Source of the DNA: Antedon mediterranea
Taxonomy: Eukaryota > Animalia > Echinodermata
Reading direction: 5' to 3'
NCBI RefSeq assembly: GCF_964355755.1
Contig: NC_092676.1
Coordinates: 28,166,871 to 28,230,870, forward strand
DNA: 64,000 nucleotides
Shown: in pieces, positions 39,501 to 54,500 of the stretch
Layout: every line of letters starts with the position of its first letter
Numbering within the stretch: the first letter of the stretch is position 1
Translations under genes and position numbers: made by a program
Notes under the pieces: model-generated
Database searches by the model: none
Told to the model about the DNA's origin: nothing
What the model saw: the letters and a program-made list of their open reading frames with translations, nothing else

Positions 39501-42500
39501 CATAAATAATTATACTGAAGTACAGTACTCAAGTACAAAAACAAACAGTAATTATCTATCAAAATCATTCCATCTTGTTGAGATATTATTTGCTACCTGT
39601 GCAATGGTGTTCATTCACTTCTCTCCTCTCCTCATCATCTGCTCTTGTACAATACACTTGACGTCTACTAACACCAGGTCCACAACTTTTACTTTTATCA
39701 GTAAGTCGACACTCGTTCCAAACAAACGCATGCCATGTATACTCCGGACATAGTTCAAGGGTTGATACGTCACAAGGTTCTTCTTCTACCAAGTGCGGAC
39801 AGGTGTCGCCACCAAATCGTGGAAACTCTGTGATCTCCCTGGTCCTTCTGATCACCCCGGTGTCGCTAGATCCAACTGTATAACAAGGCTTGGTACAATT
39901 GCTAAACGGCTTCCATGCCGACACTTTGCAGTCACATGGTAAGTGACAGAACTCTCTTTCAGCTGGCATTGAGTTGTCTGACTTGTCATCTAAAAAGAAA
40001 ACAAATGTTGTATTTAAACATAATCAACGAAACACATTCAATATCAATAAAAGTAACATACATAAATATGATATCCTCTTTAAAAAATATCATAACAAAG
40101 ATTTCCTTTTGTAAAAACCAAAACATTTATATACGAACTTACTGTCAGGTTTTATAACGTTCTGTAAGTTCGCTTATAATTTTTATTTTTCAACATTTGA
40201 AAACATATCATGATTTCTTATTTTAAAAGACTTTTAAAGAGTTTTATAAATGAATGGCAAACATTTTTCATTAAATGTAACACCTTTATCACGAAGTGCT
40301 TTCAATTAATGTTTAGTACCATGCATGAGTATTGTAACAAAATAATAAATATTCAAAAATGATTATTAAAATATATTAATTATTAATTCCATTCATGCCA
40401 AATGCTCATAACATGTTTGTGTGCAAACAATTGCATTTAAGTATGTATACCTTGATGTTCAAATATCTCAATTCGTTACAATAAAAGCGATTGGAATATA
40501 CTGTAACATTGATATAATAAAAAATGTGTGAAGGCGTGTATCAAATAGAGTATCTACAGTACAGTAAGTGTAGTTATAAACAAGTGTAAAATAAAATATA
40601 GTGGAACCACAAATCAGTGATAAATTATTTTAAAAGTGATAATTTAAAATAAGACTATACAGTAAATGCCCTTGCTGTGGTTAAAATTGTTGAAGTTTCA
40701 TACTGTACAGTGAGTGCATTTCACATTGCTCCATTAAGGTACAAATAGTATAAAGTAAAAATGCATAATCAAATACTGTACAAAACATTTTTACAAGAGA
40801 GGATGCAGATAGAGCCAAGTTGTAGTATTGGTTTGAAATATAATTGGAAAAAATATATTGGATGATAATAGATTCTCAGTCCGACGACACCATTTCTATC
40901 CTTTCTGCATCCTCAAGAAAATACAATGTGCCCATGTGAAAGGAATGTGCCATAAATATAACCAAAAACAAATGAACAGAATCAACAGAATACAGTTAAC
41001 TCTCTTAAAATTTGAATTTTCTTTGAGATAGTTGACTGTAGTATATGCAAAACACAGGTACTGTAGGTCTCAAACTATACATATCTACCCTCAGCCTATC
41101 AATTTGACTATGGTCTACAAAGACAGAGACTCCTCTCACATCTCCTCTCAAACAGACCAGTTTTTGGTGACATGCCCATTGTTTATAGATGCTTATGACT
41201 CATCTCGTACTCTAGCCCACATTTCAACATACCCATCTTTATGTTTCCACAGCTGTGGACTACTTTACAAAATGATCTTAGGGATGAGTTTCTTTTTAAC
41301 TTGAAATCCTTCTCACGTTCTCTTCGATCTAAGCTGCCCAACTTTTTTGTTTTTTCCTATTTATATATATTATATATTGATTTTATGCTCAAATGAAACA
41401 AATAAACAAAACGGAACGATAGGTGGTTCATGCTTTTATGTCCTCTCGATATCATTTTATGAGACTGTGTTAAGAAATCTGCGTGATTCATAGTGTTTTT
41501 GTCTCACCATGTTTACAGAATGCAAATAGCATAAAATGATACATACTGTATAGACAGACTGAAGCAGAGGGTTCAATTGCCTGAAACCTTTCTTTGGTAA
41601 AACTCCAAGATTTATCTTAAACTTATTAGATCTTATCTGCAATTCTAGAAATGACATATTTTCCAGGAATAGTACAGTACTTTCACAATAATTTTTCCAC
41701 TAAATTGAAAGAAGCTATGTTTTTGTTTCACTGATGAAATCAAACAAAGTTCAATAAACTCTTAACATACATACTACTATAGAGAAAACTAAATCTTTAC
41801 CAAGATGACAGAAGACCTGTTACCTGTTCATAACATGTGTTCCGCTGGCACACGTGTTGTGAACACATTACAAGATTAAGTTGAAGATATTGGACAGGAA
41901 ATTACTCAAAACACAAAGCAATCTATGGTGTTTTGATGCCAATAGTAATACTAACTAGAATCAATGATGTTTAAAAGAACAAAAAATTTAAAAGGTTGCT
42001 TTGCTACTTTTTCTGGCTGTTTTACTTTATAGTTTTGACTTAGCTTTTTCCTTATTACATTCTCCATCAGTGGCGTATCCAGGATTTTGAAGTTGGGGGG
42101 GCCGGGAATTGCCAATTTGCCGACAAAATTGGTGTAGGCCTACATACACGACGTCTCTGATCAAGGATTACATAGTCATATTGTCTTATATCCGGGGATA
42201 ACGATGCAAAATTAAAACCAAACCAACATTATCTGTTAGTATGTTGTATTCATATTACAATAAAGAAAGAATTAGGAAAATCTGATTTGTAGTTTTCGAA
42301 ATATAGGGTCTAAAACATCGCCGAAAATGATCGTTTTTAGCCACGAAAGAAGTAAAACAATTTGCGGCCTCAGTCGACAATTCTATTAACTACGCCATTT
42401 TTGGTTAAAATAATTACATATAATTACGTTTTTTAGTAATTTATTTTATATATCACCATTGGAAATATCAATAAAACATGTTATTAAATGCTTATAAAAT

Positions 42501-45500
42501 ATATAAAGTTGTTTACTTAACGGAATTCGGACAAATTCATTGCTCTAACTTTGTGTAGTATTATTAGTAACGATCAGAGAGATTCATGGTACACGCGCGA
42601 GAGAAAACATTCCGCTGCGGGTGATTCGCATCCACCAATCAAATCAGCTAGAATCCTAAATCATTCAACCGTGAGCAATGCCAATCGCGAAAAAGCTCAG
42701 CTTTGATTGGCTTACGATGACATCATATCACAAAATGGTGGTTTTGTAGTTGAGCCTCACGGAATATTCTGTTCCAAAAATGAAATACATGGATATTTTT
42801 TATGGTATATGTGCTTTTTCTTTAAAAATTTTGAATAATAAAGGCCTCATATCGAGAAAAAAAAACGGGTTTTTTGCACTTATAATAAATATATCTTAGA
42901 CAAAAAAGCACATGGCATGTGGAACTATATAATCTCTTAGCGTAGGAAGACATACAAATCCCAGGTCATGAGAGGCTCAACTGCATGCAAAAACAAGGTT
43001 TTAGGTAAGGTCAAAGACCTTTAAGTAAACAATCTACCGCGTACGGCCGTACGTACGTGCTACACATTTTTTACGTGTTTCGTTAGATGTAATGAAAATT
43101 TAAAATAGTTGATCTGAAGGGATCAATGATGATATGATATGTAAATAAACAAACACTCAAAAGAATTATGTTTACAGTTCAATTATTGTCAGAATAAATA
43201 GTTTATTTTTTTCCCCGGCACCTTTGTTTGCCGACGGCCGCGATGATGTGCCGACGGAAACAAAATCAGGGGGGGCCCGGGCCCCCCGGCCCCCTACTGG
43301 ATACGCCACTGTTCTCCATTGAGATCAAGCCACTATACCCACAGCATTGTCACTTTTTCATTGCTTATCATATTTTGTATCTCGATTGAGATCCAGCCAC
43401 TAATACACACAACATTGTCATTTTTTCATTGCTTATTTTATTTTGTATCTCCATTGAGATCCATTCACTGATACCCACAACATTGTCACTTTTTCAGTGC
43501 TTATTATATTTTGAATCTTCATTGAGATCAAGCCACTAACAAACACAACATTGTCATTTTTTCATTGCTTATTTTATTTTGTATCCTCCATTGAGATCCA
43601 TTCACCGATACCCACAGCATTGTCATTTTTTCAATAATTTGCGTTTGGATTTATAGATCAAAGTAATAAATACTGTGAGAAGATTGGAAATAGTGTAAAG
43701 GTAGTTTCATGGGGAAAAGATTAAAATACTTTTTACTTCAAAGTTTTTTTTCCTCAAACAATAAAGTATTTTGAAATTAAGAAACACCATCATTTAATAA
43801 ATAATTATGGTAAAAAATGTACTGTAAATCTGTATCACGGTAAGAGTATTCCATAAAATCCTGCATTTATTATTTATAAAGAAATTCAGTTTTATATCAG
43901 TCTTAAGTTCTTTTTTTCCTTATAGAGGACATTTTTCACATACTATCCTTTAATGAAAATATATTTTTTCTCAGGAATTGTAAATTGGAAAAGAGATGCC
44001 TTGTTTTGCAGAATTTAATTGAGTATAAAGCCAGTTTTATGATAGGGATTTTCAGAATCAATCGGGTGAATCCCTCCAAATTAGCGTGACCCACATTCAT
44101 TGACACTTTCTAAGGTCATGTGACACAAGGTAAACACGTACGTCTGTCTGTAGGTGTAAATTATATTATTTTCTTGTTTAATTATTAGTGTATGAATGGT
44201 TTTCTGACGAATACCTACGTAAGTCGAAACAATTATATGATAACAGAACTATATAGTCTTTGTCAAATTGGCCTTGGATATATTTTTGATAAAGATAGTG
44301 AAATTAGTCGAATACAATGTAACACTTTACTCCATTGTATAGCATATTAGTAGCTTTTATGTTACCATGGTTACTTTTAAGATTTGTACGTAGATCTAAG
44401 TTGGAAGCAGTCAATTTATAGGAAAAGTAGTGTTTGAAATTCTAAAATTTATAGTAGTAAAATTACAATAAATTTTCTACTTTTGGAGTATATTTCGCTC
44501 TTCAAAGAAAATAAGGCATTTTTCGGTTTATCAGGAAAGCTAGGCTTAGACTAGACTACGACTAGACTACAGAATCATTCTGCACTGCAACCCATATTTA
44601 CCACCAACCGATCAATAATACAATTCAGTTTTTTTCCTTCATAATTATTTATTCGTTTATTATTTCACTGCAGGAGATTTTTTTATTTGCATATTTGTCG
44701 TTGAAAAGAGAAATCGATACAAAAAGACTGGTACAATAATAGAGTTATTAAGATCCATGGTACAATATTGACATAATATATTTGTCAAGGCAACAGAAAT
44801 AATAATTATTACTGAAAAATAAAAAGATTGATAGATAGAGAATTTAGTAATTAGACTACAGACTATAGGAGATTTTAGCTATTCAATCTGGGATGTGAAG
44901 AGCTAATTTGTCACATAAAACATGTATGTCACGAGTCCAATGGTTTAGCTAAAAACACTAAAAGATGTTACTTAGTTTGAAAAAATAAACATACTTTCTG
45001 AAAAGATTATGTAATTTTCTATACAATGATATCTATTTAATAGTTGAATACATTTGTATATAAAATTCACTTATAAATTACAAAACTGAACTGAAATTTC
45101 ATAGTATTTGATGCATGTGTTGTATTTAATACTCTATAACCCAGGGGAATGTCCCACCGGAGCTGCTGACTGGTCGTTGTTTTTTGTACATCTTTTGTTT
45201 GTTTTTTTTGTTTATGAATGTTGTCTGGCATATGTACTGTACGTTTAAATGGTTACAAATGACAAGTATCTGCTTCTTTTGGTATACTACTATTGAATAT
45301 TGAAATTGTGAATAAATCATCTCAGTCGTTCTTCCAAAGTTTATCTATATATCACCTTAATCCAACCTAATTTAGACTTTTGTTCTGTTATTTACAATTC
45401 AATCTCCAAAACCCAAGCCTCACGTATTGACCGACTCTATTCTAGATTGTTGCGCTACATCAGCCACAATCACAATCAGAATAACCTTTTTAAATGTAAC

Positions 45501-48500
45501 AATCTTTATAATTGTGATGATAAAAAAATATATCCCATATCTCCCCCTTCATTGCGTAGATGTCACAATGATCTTATTTTTCTTTTTAAATGTCTTCATT
45601 CTATTTTTGACTGCAACTTTATCTCCAATTTTGGTATTCGTGTTCCCGCCCGTAACTTAAGAAACAACAATATTCTTTGTGTTCCCTTTTGTAGAGTCAA
45701 TGTTCTCAAAAATGGTTACATCAGTAGATTAAGTTTATATTATAATAGTTTAGTCCAGGCCCATCCCCATATTGACATTTTTAATTCCAATCTTTATCTG
45801 TTTCGTCGTAATTTAAGTGTTTCTGAGTTGTTGTAATTGTATTGTATCTGTTAAACCAAGCTGTAAGTGGCGGATTTGTTTCTGCTGTTGTTTCTGGTTT
45901 TAAAAAAAAAATTAAAAAAATAAATAAAATAAAAAATCCAAACTTATTATACATTTACACTAGACAAAATGGGAAATAAGAGTGGATGCGAACATTAATA
46001 AAATACTGTACCATTTCTTCCCATTAAATGCAACAATTTAAACCTAATAATCAACAAATGCTTTAATGGCCGCTGTAAATAATAATATATGCCAGAATGG
46101 AAAGATATGCTTCAAGAAACATCTGATTATTCTAAATGGTCAATAAAATATAAGAGGTCCTGAGAAAGGTTCTATCAGAAATTGTGAAAGATCTAGATCG
46201 AGTGTGATTCTTTCTGATGTATATAAAGTCTACTCTTTAACCATTTACAATAAAAATAAACGCAGAAAATGGACAATACAGCAATATTTATTTTTAAATT
46301 TGTTTTTTTAATGAGAAATATTTCTTTGATTTCTCCGAAATAAAATTTTTTTTTTAAACTTTTTTTCGTAATTGCATTCTCTCTTCAAAATGAGAGGGCT
46401 ATTGTTGGTTTATCCAGGTCTAGGCCCAAGATAGAAGGAATAAGGGCTATTGTTGGTTTATCCAGGTCTAGGCCCAAGATAGAAGGAATAAGGGCTATTG
46501 TTGGTTTATCCAGGTCTAGGCCCAAGATAGAAGGAATAAGGGCTATTGTTGGTTTATCCAGGTCTAGGCCCAAGATAGAAGGAATAAGGGCTATTGTTGG
46601 TTTATCCAGATCTAGGCCCAAGATAGAAGGAATAAGGGCTATTGTTGGTTTATCCAGATCTAGGCCCAAGATAGAAGGAATAAGGGCTATTGTTGGTTTA
46701 TCCAGGTCTAGGCCCAAGATAGAAGGAATAAGGGCTATTGTTGGTTTATCCAGGTCTAGGCCCAAGATAGAAGGAATAAGGGCTATTGTTGGTTTATCCA
46801 GATCTAGGCCCAAGATAGAAGGAATAATTATATGTGTGATTAAAGAGAATAAATCAAAATTAGAATAAAAAAGTCACATCAATAAATCAATTTTATACCA
46901 ATATATGTATATTATGCATGAGCTTGAAAATGAATTAATAATCTGAATAAATACATTTTAAATTGTCCGTTCGCACATCACGGTCACAAATACTGCGTTC
47001 ATTTTAGTGTGTTCAGTTCACACACAGGCTTTAATTGATGAAGTTGTCATACAAGATTGTTCCAGTTAATATATCCTTGGGGACATTATAAGAGTCACAA
47101 TTTTGTTGACATTGACAAGTTATGTTCACACATTTTAGAAGTGAAAGCGACATGTAATTCAAAATATGAATACAAAAACAAATTGGATGAAAATAGTCGG
47201 TAAAAAGTGCATGTTCCATTCACTATATATCAAGTACACCTGGCTTTATAAAAAAGAAGAGGATTTCAGTGAAAACGCGGAAGAAATCCAACTGTTATTC
47301 AGAGAGGTCATGAAGTGACCTAATTAATGTACTACAAATCCCTAATGAAACCTCTTATTAAAAACTTCATAACAATTAATTACATTCATGTGGTAATGTA
47401 TCAGAAATGATATATTATTTAAACTGAAGTACCCTTTCAAGATTTGTGTTTTAATTGTTTAAAATAAATGAAAATGTCATGAACAGTATTTATTATTATG
47501 GGAGCTGATCACCTTAAGTGTTTGATCCAATGACCAAGATAATGTGAAGCTATTTGTAAATCTAAGCATAGCGTTATATATTGAAGGGTTTGTTTCTGCT
47601 GCACAACGCAAATTAACCGTTTATTTTAAAATGGATTAAAAATATTAAAACAAGACAGTGTTTCTGCTCAATTTGTGCTCCGAAATAACCGTTAAATCAA
47701 TGGGTGGTCGTTGACAAAAATCGTTAGAATTTCCAAAAATTCAAATGGTCCTGGCGGTTAATTATAATGTTACTGCCGTGTAGTTGACTCGGGGTCAGCA
47801 GCTGTCAATCAAATAACCGTTATTTCGTGTTGCAGCTAAAAATAAAATTGAATGGGTGTTTTTAACCAGTTATTTTGCGCTGCTTTTTAACCGGTTGTTT
47901 CTGCTCCCAAGAAAATGGAGTTAATTTATTCACACCGATTTTAACCGGTTATTTTTATGCAGCAGAAACAGGCCGAAGGCATTATTTACAATAGTCCCAC
48001 TAAAAAAAAAATGTAATCTCTATAACAAGATTACTTTCAATAAATTGTATTAAATGAGACTCATGAATCATCAGGTGCTAAATTGTATAAAAAAGTATGT
48101 ACTGTATCAGATTATTATTATTATTTATTCAGGCAAAAGATACATTTTACAAAATATAATACAAATCAACAAATTAAACAAACACAACGCAAAAGAAAAT
48201 ATAAAATCATAGTCACTAGCTGCCAGGAAAGCACAAAAGCAGCCTAAGCCACTGTCACCAATTAGGTGTGTACCTCCAACCAGTCACTAAATTCTTTATG
48301 GTTGAAAAGTTATGCATTTATGTACTGTATGACGATATTGAAGAAGAATAATACCACTACATACTTCTAATCTTTTAACTGGTTTATTTTAGAATTGTTC
48401 ATTATCTACCCACACTTTTAAATGGAAGTACTACTGTACCACAAAACCATGTGTTAATCCAAGAATGTTGTCAGATACAAAATCCCCATTTGTTGAAATA

Positions 48501-51500
48501 CGATAAAAGGCCCCTCTCCAATTGCAACAGAAAAAGTTATTAAATTTTATTGCAATAAATAAATAAAAGAAGACAGTAATGTAGTCTTGTCAATATTGCT
48601 TTTACTACTTTAACTGTCAATTGACATTTAAAATAACATGTTAAATGCTCATAAAATAAAGTGTCATATTGGTCAATTGCAGGAAACATGAACACAACAT
48701 AGTAATCATGATTACCGTCGTCATCGAACATTGAAAGTGACAAAATTAAGTGTTTCTATCTCAGTGCGATTATTACAAATATGCTAAATTTGGACATTGT
48801 TACTTTAATATAGGTTTAAACGGAATAATGTTTAAGTTATCTTAATGTTTTATTCACATTATAGCTCATCTAAAAACATCAAAATAGATTACAAGAGCTC
48901 AAATACTTTAAAATCTTAAATGCTGCAACAAATAAATCAATCCATCTAAGCTCACAGTTAATATTAAAGGCTAAAAAATAAAGTGATCACTATCAATACA
49001 AAATAAACTCTGTTATGTAACACATTCAGTAATCCCACTTCATCAGTTAATACCACCATACCACAATGTATAAGATCATGTTGTGATGGTGTAAACACAG
49101 ATTTATGTATAATATTTGATGCATAATTCTTCAATGATTAAAGTGGTAATAACATTTGAGTGCCGAATGGGAGGAGAGCTACAATCCATAAAGTGATGTA
49201 CAGAGCCACGAGAAATAAAGTGGTCTGGTTTTCGCAAGAAAAAAGGGAACAATCTCTGTTCAAGCTTTCTGTGAAAAAGTGGTCAGGTTAAAACATTACC
49301 AACCATACTGGTGGTTACATCCCTGGCACCCCTAACATTGGCACTGGTCCATGCTTCTCCTCAACCAGATATCAGGAACCTAATCCTAGAGGTTCAAAGT
49401 ACATATTAAAGAACAAGAAAAGTATGGGTTCTCCCCCTGATGGTTTATTGACGTGCTGCCAACATATACATGCCAACATTTAATAAAGTTATAAAAAAAC
49501 AGGAGGTTGTGTTTTTTTTTCAGTCAACAGCACCCTCTATCTATTATCGAGAGGTACAGTAATGAGTGCAATGTATGACGTCACAAGCGGCATCGCGTGG
49601 CGCCTATGTGAGGGGAATTCCTGTTCCGTCGAGAATAAAAATCTGAAATTTTGGCTTAAATATCGTAAATCTGATTGTGTGTAATGTAAGCCTTTTTGTT
49701 ATATACTTTAATGCAGAAAACACAATACATCAATATTCAGTTATCTTTGTAATTCGGGAGAAAATGTGGAAAAACAGGAGCACAGTATTAAGCCGGGAGA
49801 CAACTCTAAAATACGGGAGTGTCTCGGCCAAAACAGGAGTGTTGGCATGTACAGTATAATACAACCACTATACAACATACTATATTTCACCCTACTTATT
49901 ACAATATTTACCCACTATATTACTATATATGGTATTATATCCCAATTATCACACCTGCCCTCTCATCTTACATCTCTTAATTGCACACATGTACAAACAT
50001 TCTCACCAGGTAAATAAATTGTTACACAGTTGTTTTGGTGCAAGATATTGAATTTCATATACCATTCTATCCCACAACTTAAATTTAATTTTTGTACGTG
50101 TATGATAAGTGTTTGAAAAGAGCATTTAGATAAGCCAATTAAATTTATGGGCAATTACAGTTAAGTATTCAAACGTATTGACAAAATAAAATCTCCCTAG
50201 GCACAAATTCATTGCCATAGTAACAATATAAGTTTTCTTTAATTAATACAGAGTAACTAGAATCTGTATGACTAGAAATTGCATAAACACAGGAAAAAAA
50301 AATGAGGGCAACAGAACGTGATAACTTTAATTGTCAGTGTAAAGAGTGAAGCTCTGTCTACACTATCAAACTTTATGCGACAACAAAATGTGATGCGCCC
50401 ATAATTATATGAACATGATGATGATGTATCAATACTACTGTATATTTGGACATATCACTACCGTATCTGGGCATATCGCCACTATATTTGGGCACATCAC
50501 ACATCTACTACTGTATGTAGACAGAGCGTAACAACATCATTCTTAAAGATGTCAAACAAAATAGTGTGATATATTCCTCTCTTAAAACTTATTTTCGACA
50601 CAAAATAAATCCTTGTTCTCATTATGGCAGTCATAGGTTTCATTCACTTGTACAATTTAAATTCTTTATTTGTAATCTGTTACAAAATGCACGATAGTGC
50701 GTACTATTGCAAGGCATGTGACCCACAATCGTCCAATCAAATGACAGGAATTTATTTAGGTGTTATATAGTATTGATTGATGGTCTGTTAATAGTATCTT
50801 TTCAATTTTAATGAATAGTATCTAATTATATCACAGTATTTTGTTTAGTAATTAGTTATTATTATTATTATTGTTTAGACAACATTGACTTGTAACATAC
50901 ATCCTTTAAAGGTCTATAAAACTAGTTCTGGCAAAAAAGTGTTGTGGTACTGATATGACATCATCGTGTCTGTATATGGACACATCACACTTCCCTTAAA
51001 CAGTTCAGGTTTCCTATTAAAATAATTTGTCCGATTTCTTATGAAAACTTTGACAACTTTTTTGCATGAGAAATTACATGAGAAAGAGTCCAATCTGATA
51101 ATCTTGTCATTCTCACCTAATTTTGTTTCCTGTACAATACATAATACAGTATTACAGTATAACAGGATACTATACAGATATAGTCAGTGTAACAATGATG
51201 TACTAGTTGGTATTATTATGACATATAAAGGGCCTTCTTTCCCAAGTTAATAATAAACAACTATGAACTATAGATAAATAATCTCTGATTTTATCAATTT
51301 ATATTGAATGTAAATATGAACTACTGTATCATGAGAAATCTAAATCATTGACAAAGAGAGGAGAGACGAAAAGAAGAATACGTACAGTCACGGTAATCAC
51401 AACAAAAAATCACAGTTAACGAGTTTTTTTGGGTTTTTTTTTTTACTACTTTAGAATATCTAGAATATATTTTTTCACTATAATCGAGGAATATCAAGTA

Positions 51501-54500
51501 TTTGCAATGTATTTAAATGATAAATATATCAATATGCTTTCCATGGTTGTATTATAATTTACGGTAACCTAAAATCAATCAGTAAAACTCTCTTTTTCAA
51601 ACACATAATCTATAAAACGTCATCTCCTCACTGAAACATCAATACATTTAAAGTTAACGTGCTACACATGTTTGATGATGATAGCGGTATTAAATAGGGT
51701 TTAAATGATGTCAACTTGACATCGTTCAACGTATTTTCTAACAGGTTATTAATTCAGCAATGATACGCACTCACTTAAAATATTATATTACAAATAGCCA
51801 ATTACACTTGTCATATCGTTTCAAAATATTTTCATGATTAAACATAAGAATGTATTTTAAAAAGTGGAGAAAGTAAGACATAAAAGCTACTATTAGTAGA
51901 TTTATAAAAAAGGGATTAAGATTTACCTGTCATTAATAATCTGATAATCTGGACTTTTGGAAAGTACAAGATAATTACTTACAATGCAATTAATTACTGT
52001 GTAGTAAAATTTTTAATATGATTGAATTATATTTAAACAAAGCAAACATCAGTAAATCATTGCTGTACAGTAGATATATATTGCAAGAGACAGTAAACAA
52101 ACTTGTAATTGAGTGATCTCAAAATACATTTTAATCATTTAGATGTTTGTCAGACAGACTGTCTCTACAAACAATGGGTTTCTCCTTTATTATACCAATT
52201 GGTGAGTTTTAACTTTGATTAGAATCAAAGGAAATGAGAGATTCAAAGCTCGTAAAAAAGTTTAATTGAACAAATTATTGATGTTTTGCACTCTACTCGT
52301 ATACTTATGGTAATGCTATGAAAAAAGATGTCTATATAATCATTGTATGGATTGGTATCCCTGTGTGGGTAGCACCACTTTTAAAAATGGGCTTATCTCA
52401 CAATGCTTGTTCTGCTTTGCTTTTAATATTGTTGCAAAGAAATAATAGAAATTTCAAGTATTTCAAACTAGAGAGATACAGTACTATCTGTTTAAAAAAA
52501 ACTGTTTATCCTAACATTGTTTAAAGGTCTTTGACACCGGGCCGGCACTGTTCCGTTCCAACATCGGTAAATCAAATACCAATGTTCCATGCGGCTATGC
52601 ACCAATCGATATACGTGTAACCTAGTCGCATAAAAATGAAACAGTTACGTTCGTTTTTGATTTGTTACAAACATATATTTTGTAACTATAGAAATTTCAG
52701 TTAAGCATCAAAGATTTTGTAATTAATATTAGCAATCTAGAGAGATCTGTAAAAAGGTTAATCATAAATAAGTGGAAACCAAGTGAAATGTGTTGCAATC
52801 TGAAGCGCATTGACAGTAAGCCATTACTGTAACTGTACTTTATCAATTTTAAGTATTCGGTTGTAAAATTAATCAAAATCAAAGATGATACATTTTTTAA
52901 GGCAGTCTGCATTTGCATATTGATTATTTATCAATCTATGAATAAATAATTATTTATATTTTATAACATTTAAATCACAAATACACAGATAGCTTTAAGA
53001 TTGAAACTTTATACTGAACAGCGGTATGTTTAAATGATAAAGATTAGAGTGAGACTGAGAGTGAAAAGTCACTCCCTACAATAATATCTATTCAATATGA
53101 ATTCAATATTAAGTTTCGGAGAATGGAGAAGTGAAAATGGTTCCTCTGCATCATCTTCTTCTTTTTGGATCAGAGGATATTTCCTGACCCATTTTAATGT
53201 CTAGAGCGCTTAGAAACATTGTATTAGGAGGCTATAAAATACAACCCTTATTATTATCATCATTACAAGAAGCCATTGCAGTTCTCAAATTCTCCAAACA
53301 AATACACACAATTTCTTTAACAGTTTTTATGCAATCTATACAGTATAGATTGTAAAAGTTCATTGTATTTTAAAGCTTTCTTGTTATATATTTGCATTAG
53401 ATATGCATTGTCCACTAATGTCTTACCAAGATATTCCTCCTCATTAATGATATTATAATTTAAAAAGGTCAACGTTCTTTAAACATTTAAACATCATCTA
53501 TACATCAATTAATAAACTACTTAAGAAGTACAAATAATTAGGCCAACGGAACTGGAGTGTGCGGCGAAATTAAGTTTAAATACTTAGAAGTGTGAGATTA
53601 AAGAATGAAGAAATAATGTTTTCATAAAAAGAGACTTAAGAATCAAAATATTGTTTTAATCCCATGAGGTATGCTTAAAGGAAAGTTCATGTCAAAGGTC
53701 AATTAGATTTTTCTGTCCAAAATGACCAATCATAGCGGGACCCATCATAGCCCTAATGTTTGCCTGAAAGGTTAAATTATCTTTAATACTAATTGATAGA
53801 CTTTTTACTTAAAATATCCTGTACCTGTTTGCAAAAATGATGATGGTTTATGTGCTTGCCTTCCAATCACAAAGTCTGGGGTTCAATCCTGACCTAGTAC
53901 CAGGGTTGTACAGTCACTCACTCTTTCAAATCTACTCCCTAAGCCTAGAATGAGACTTACTTTATAAGCGCGATAAATTATTAAATAGTTTATCCATCCT
54001 GTAATTAGCGAGTTACTCGCTTTTGGATGCGTATGAAATAAAAAAAAAAAAAAAATTTAGTTTTAATATAGAGTAACTTTATACAAGTTATATACCATTG
54101 TACACGTATAAAAGTCAAAAGACTACAGTATACAGTAACCAAGGCAAAATATACTAACTAATAATATGTTTCAAGATATTGATGCATGCATGTAATTCTG
54201 TACAGCTAACAAATTTGGCAATAAAACTTACATTAAATGTACATATTGATGACATGACATCAAATAAAATCTAAAGAAGTGGTTTTAAATCCAAAGAAAT
54301 CGTTCAACCAGTCAACTTCAGCAAATATGTATACGATAACGATAAATTTGATCACCAATTATAATGTTACTACCATTTGGGAAATTACCGTTTCCAAAAT
54401 GACATTTTATTGGAATAAACAGTATAATATAAATATATTGTCACTTCAGAAGTGAACAATATAATTTCTTAAACATGAGTGTGTCTATAATCACAGTTAA

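Noticed and set aside
46395-46826. CRISPR-like array or a 142-aa repeat protein gene
   Set aside because: The units are contiguous with no unique spacers, the context is a eukaryotic intron with no cas genes, and the ORF has no ATG and is a by-product of a stop-free 48-bp unit.
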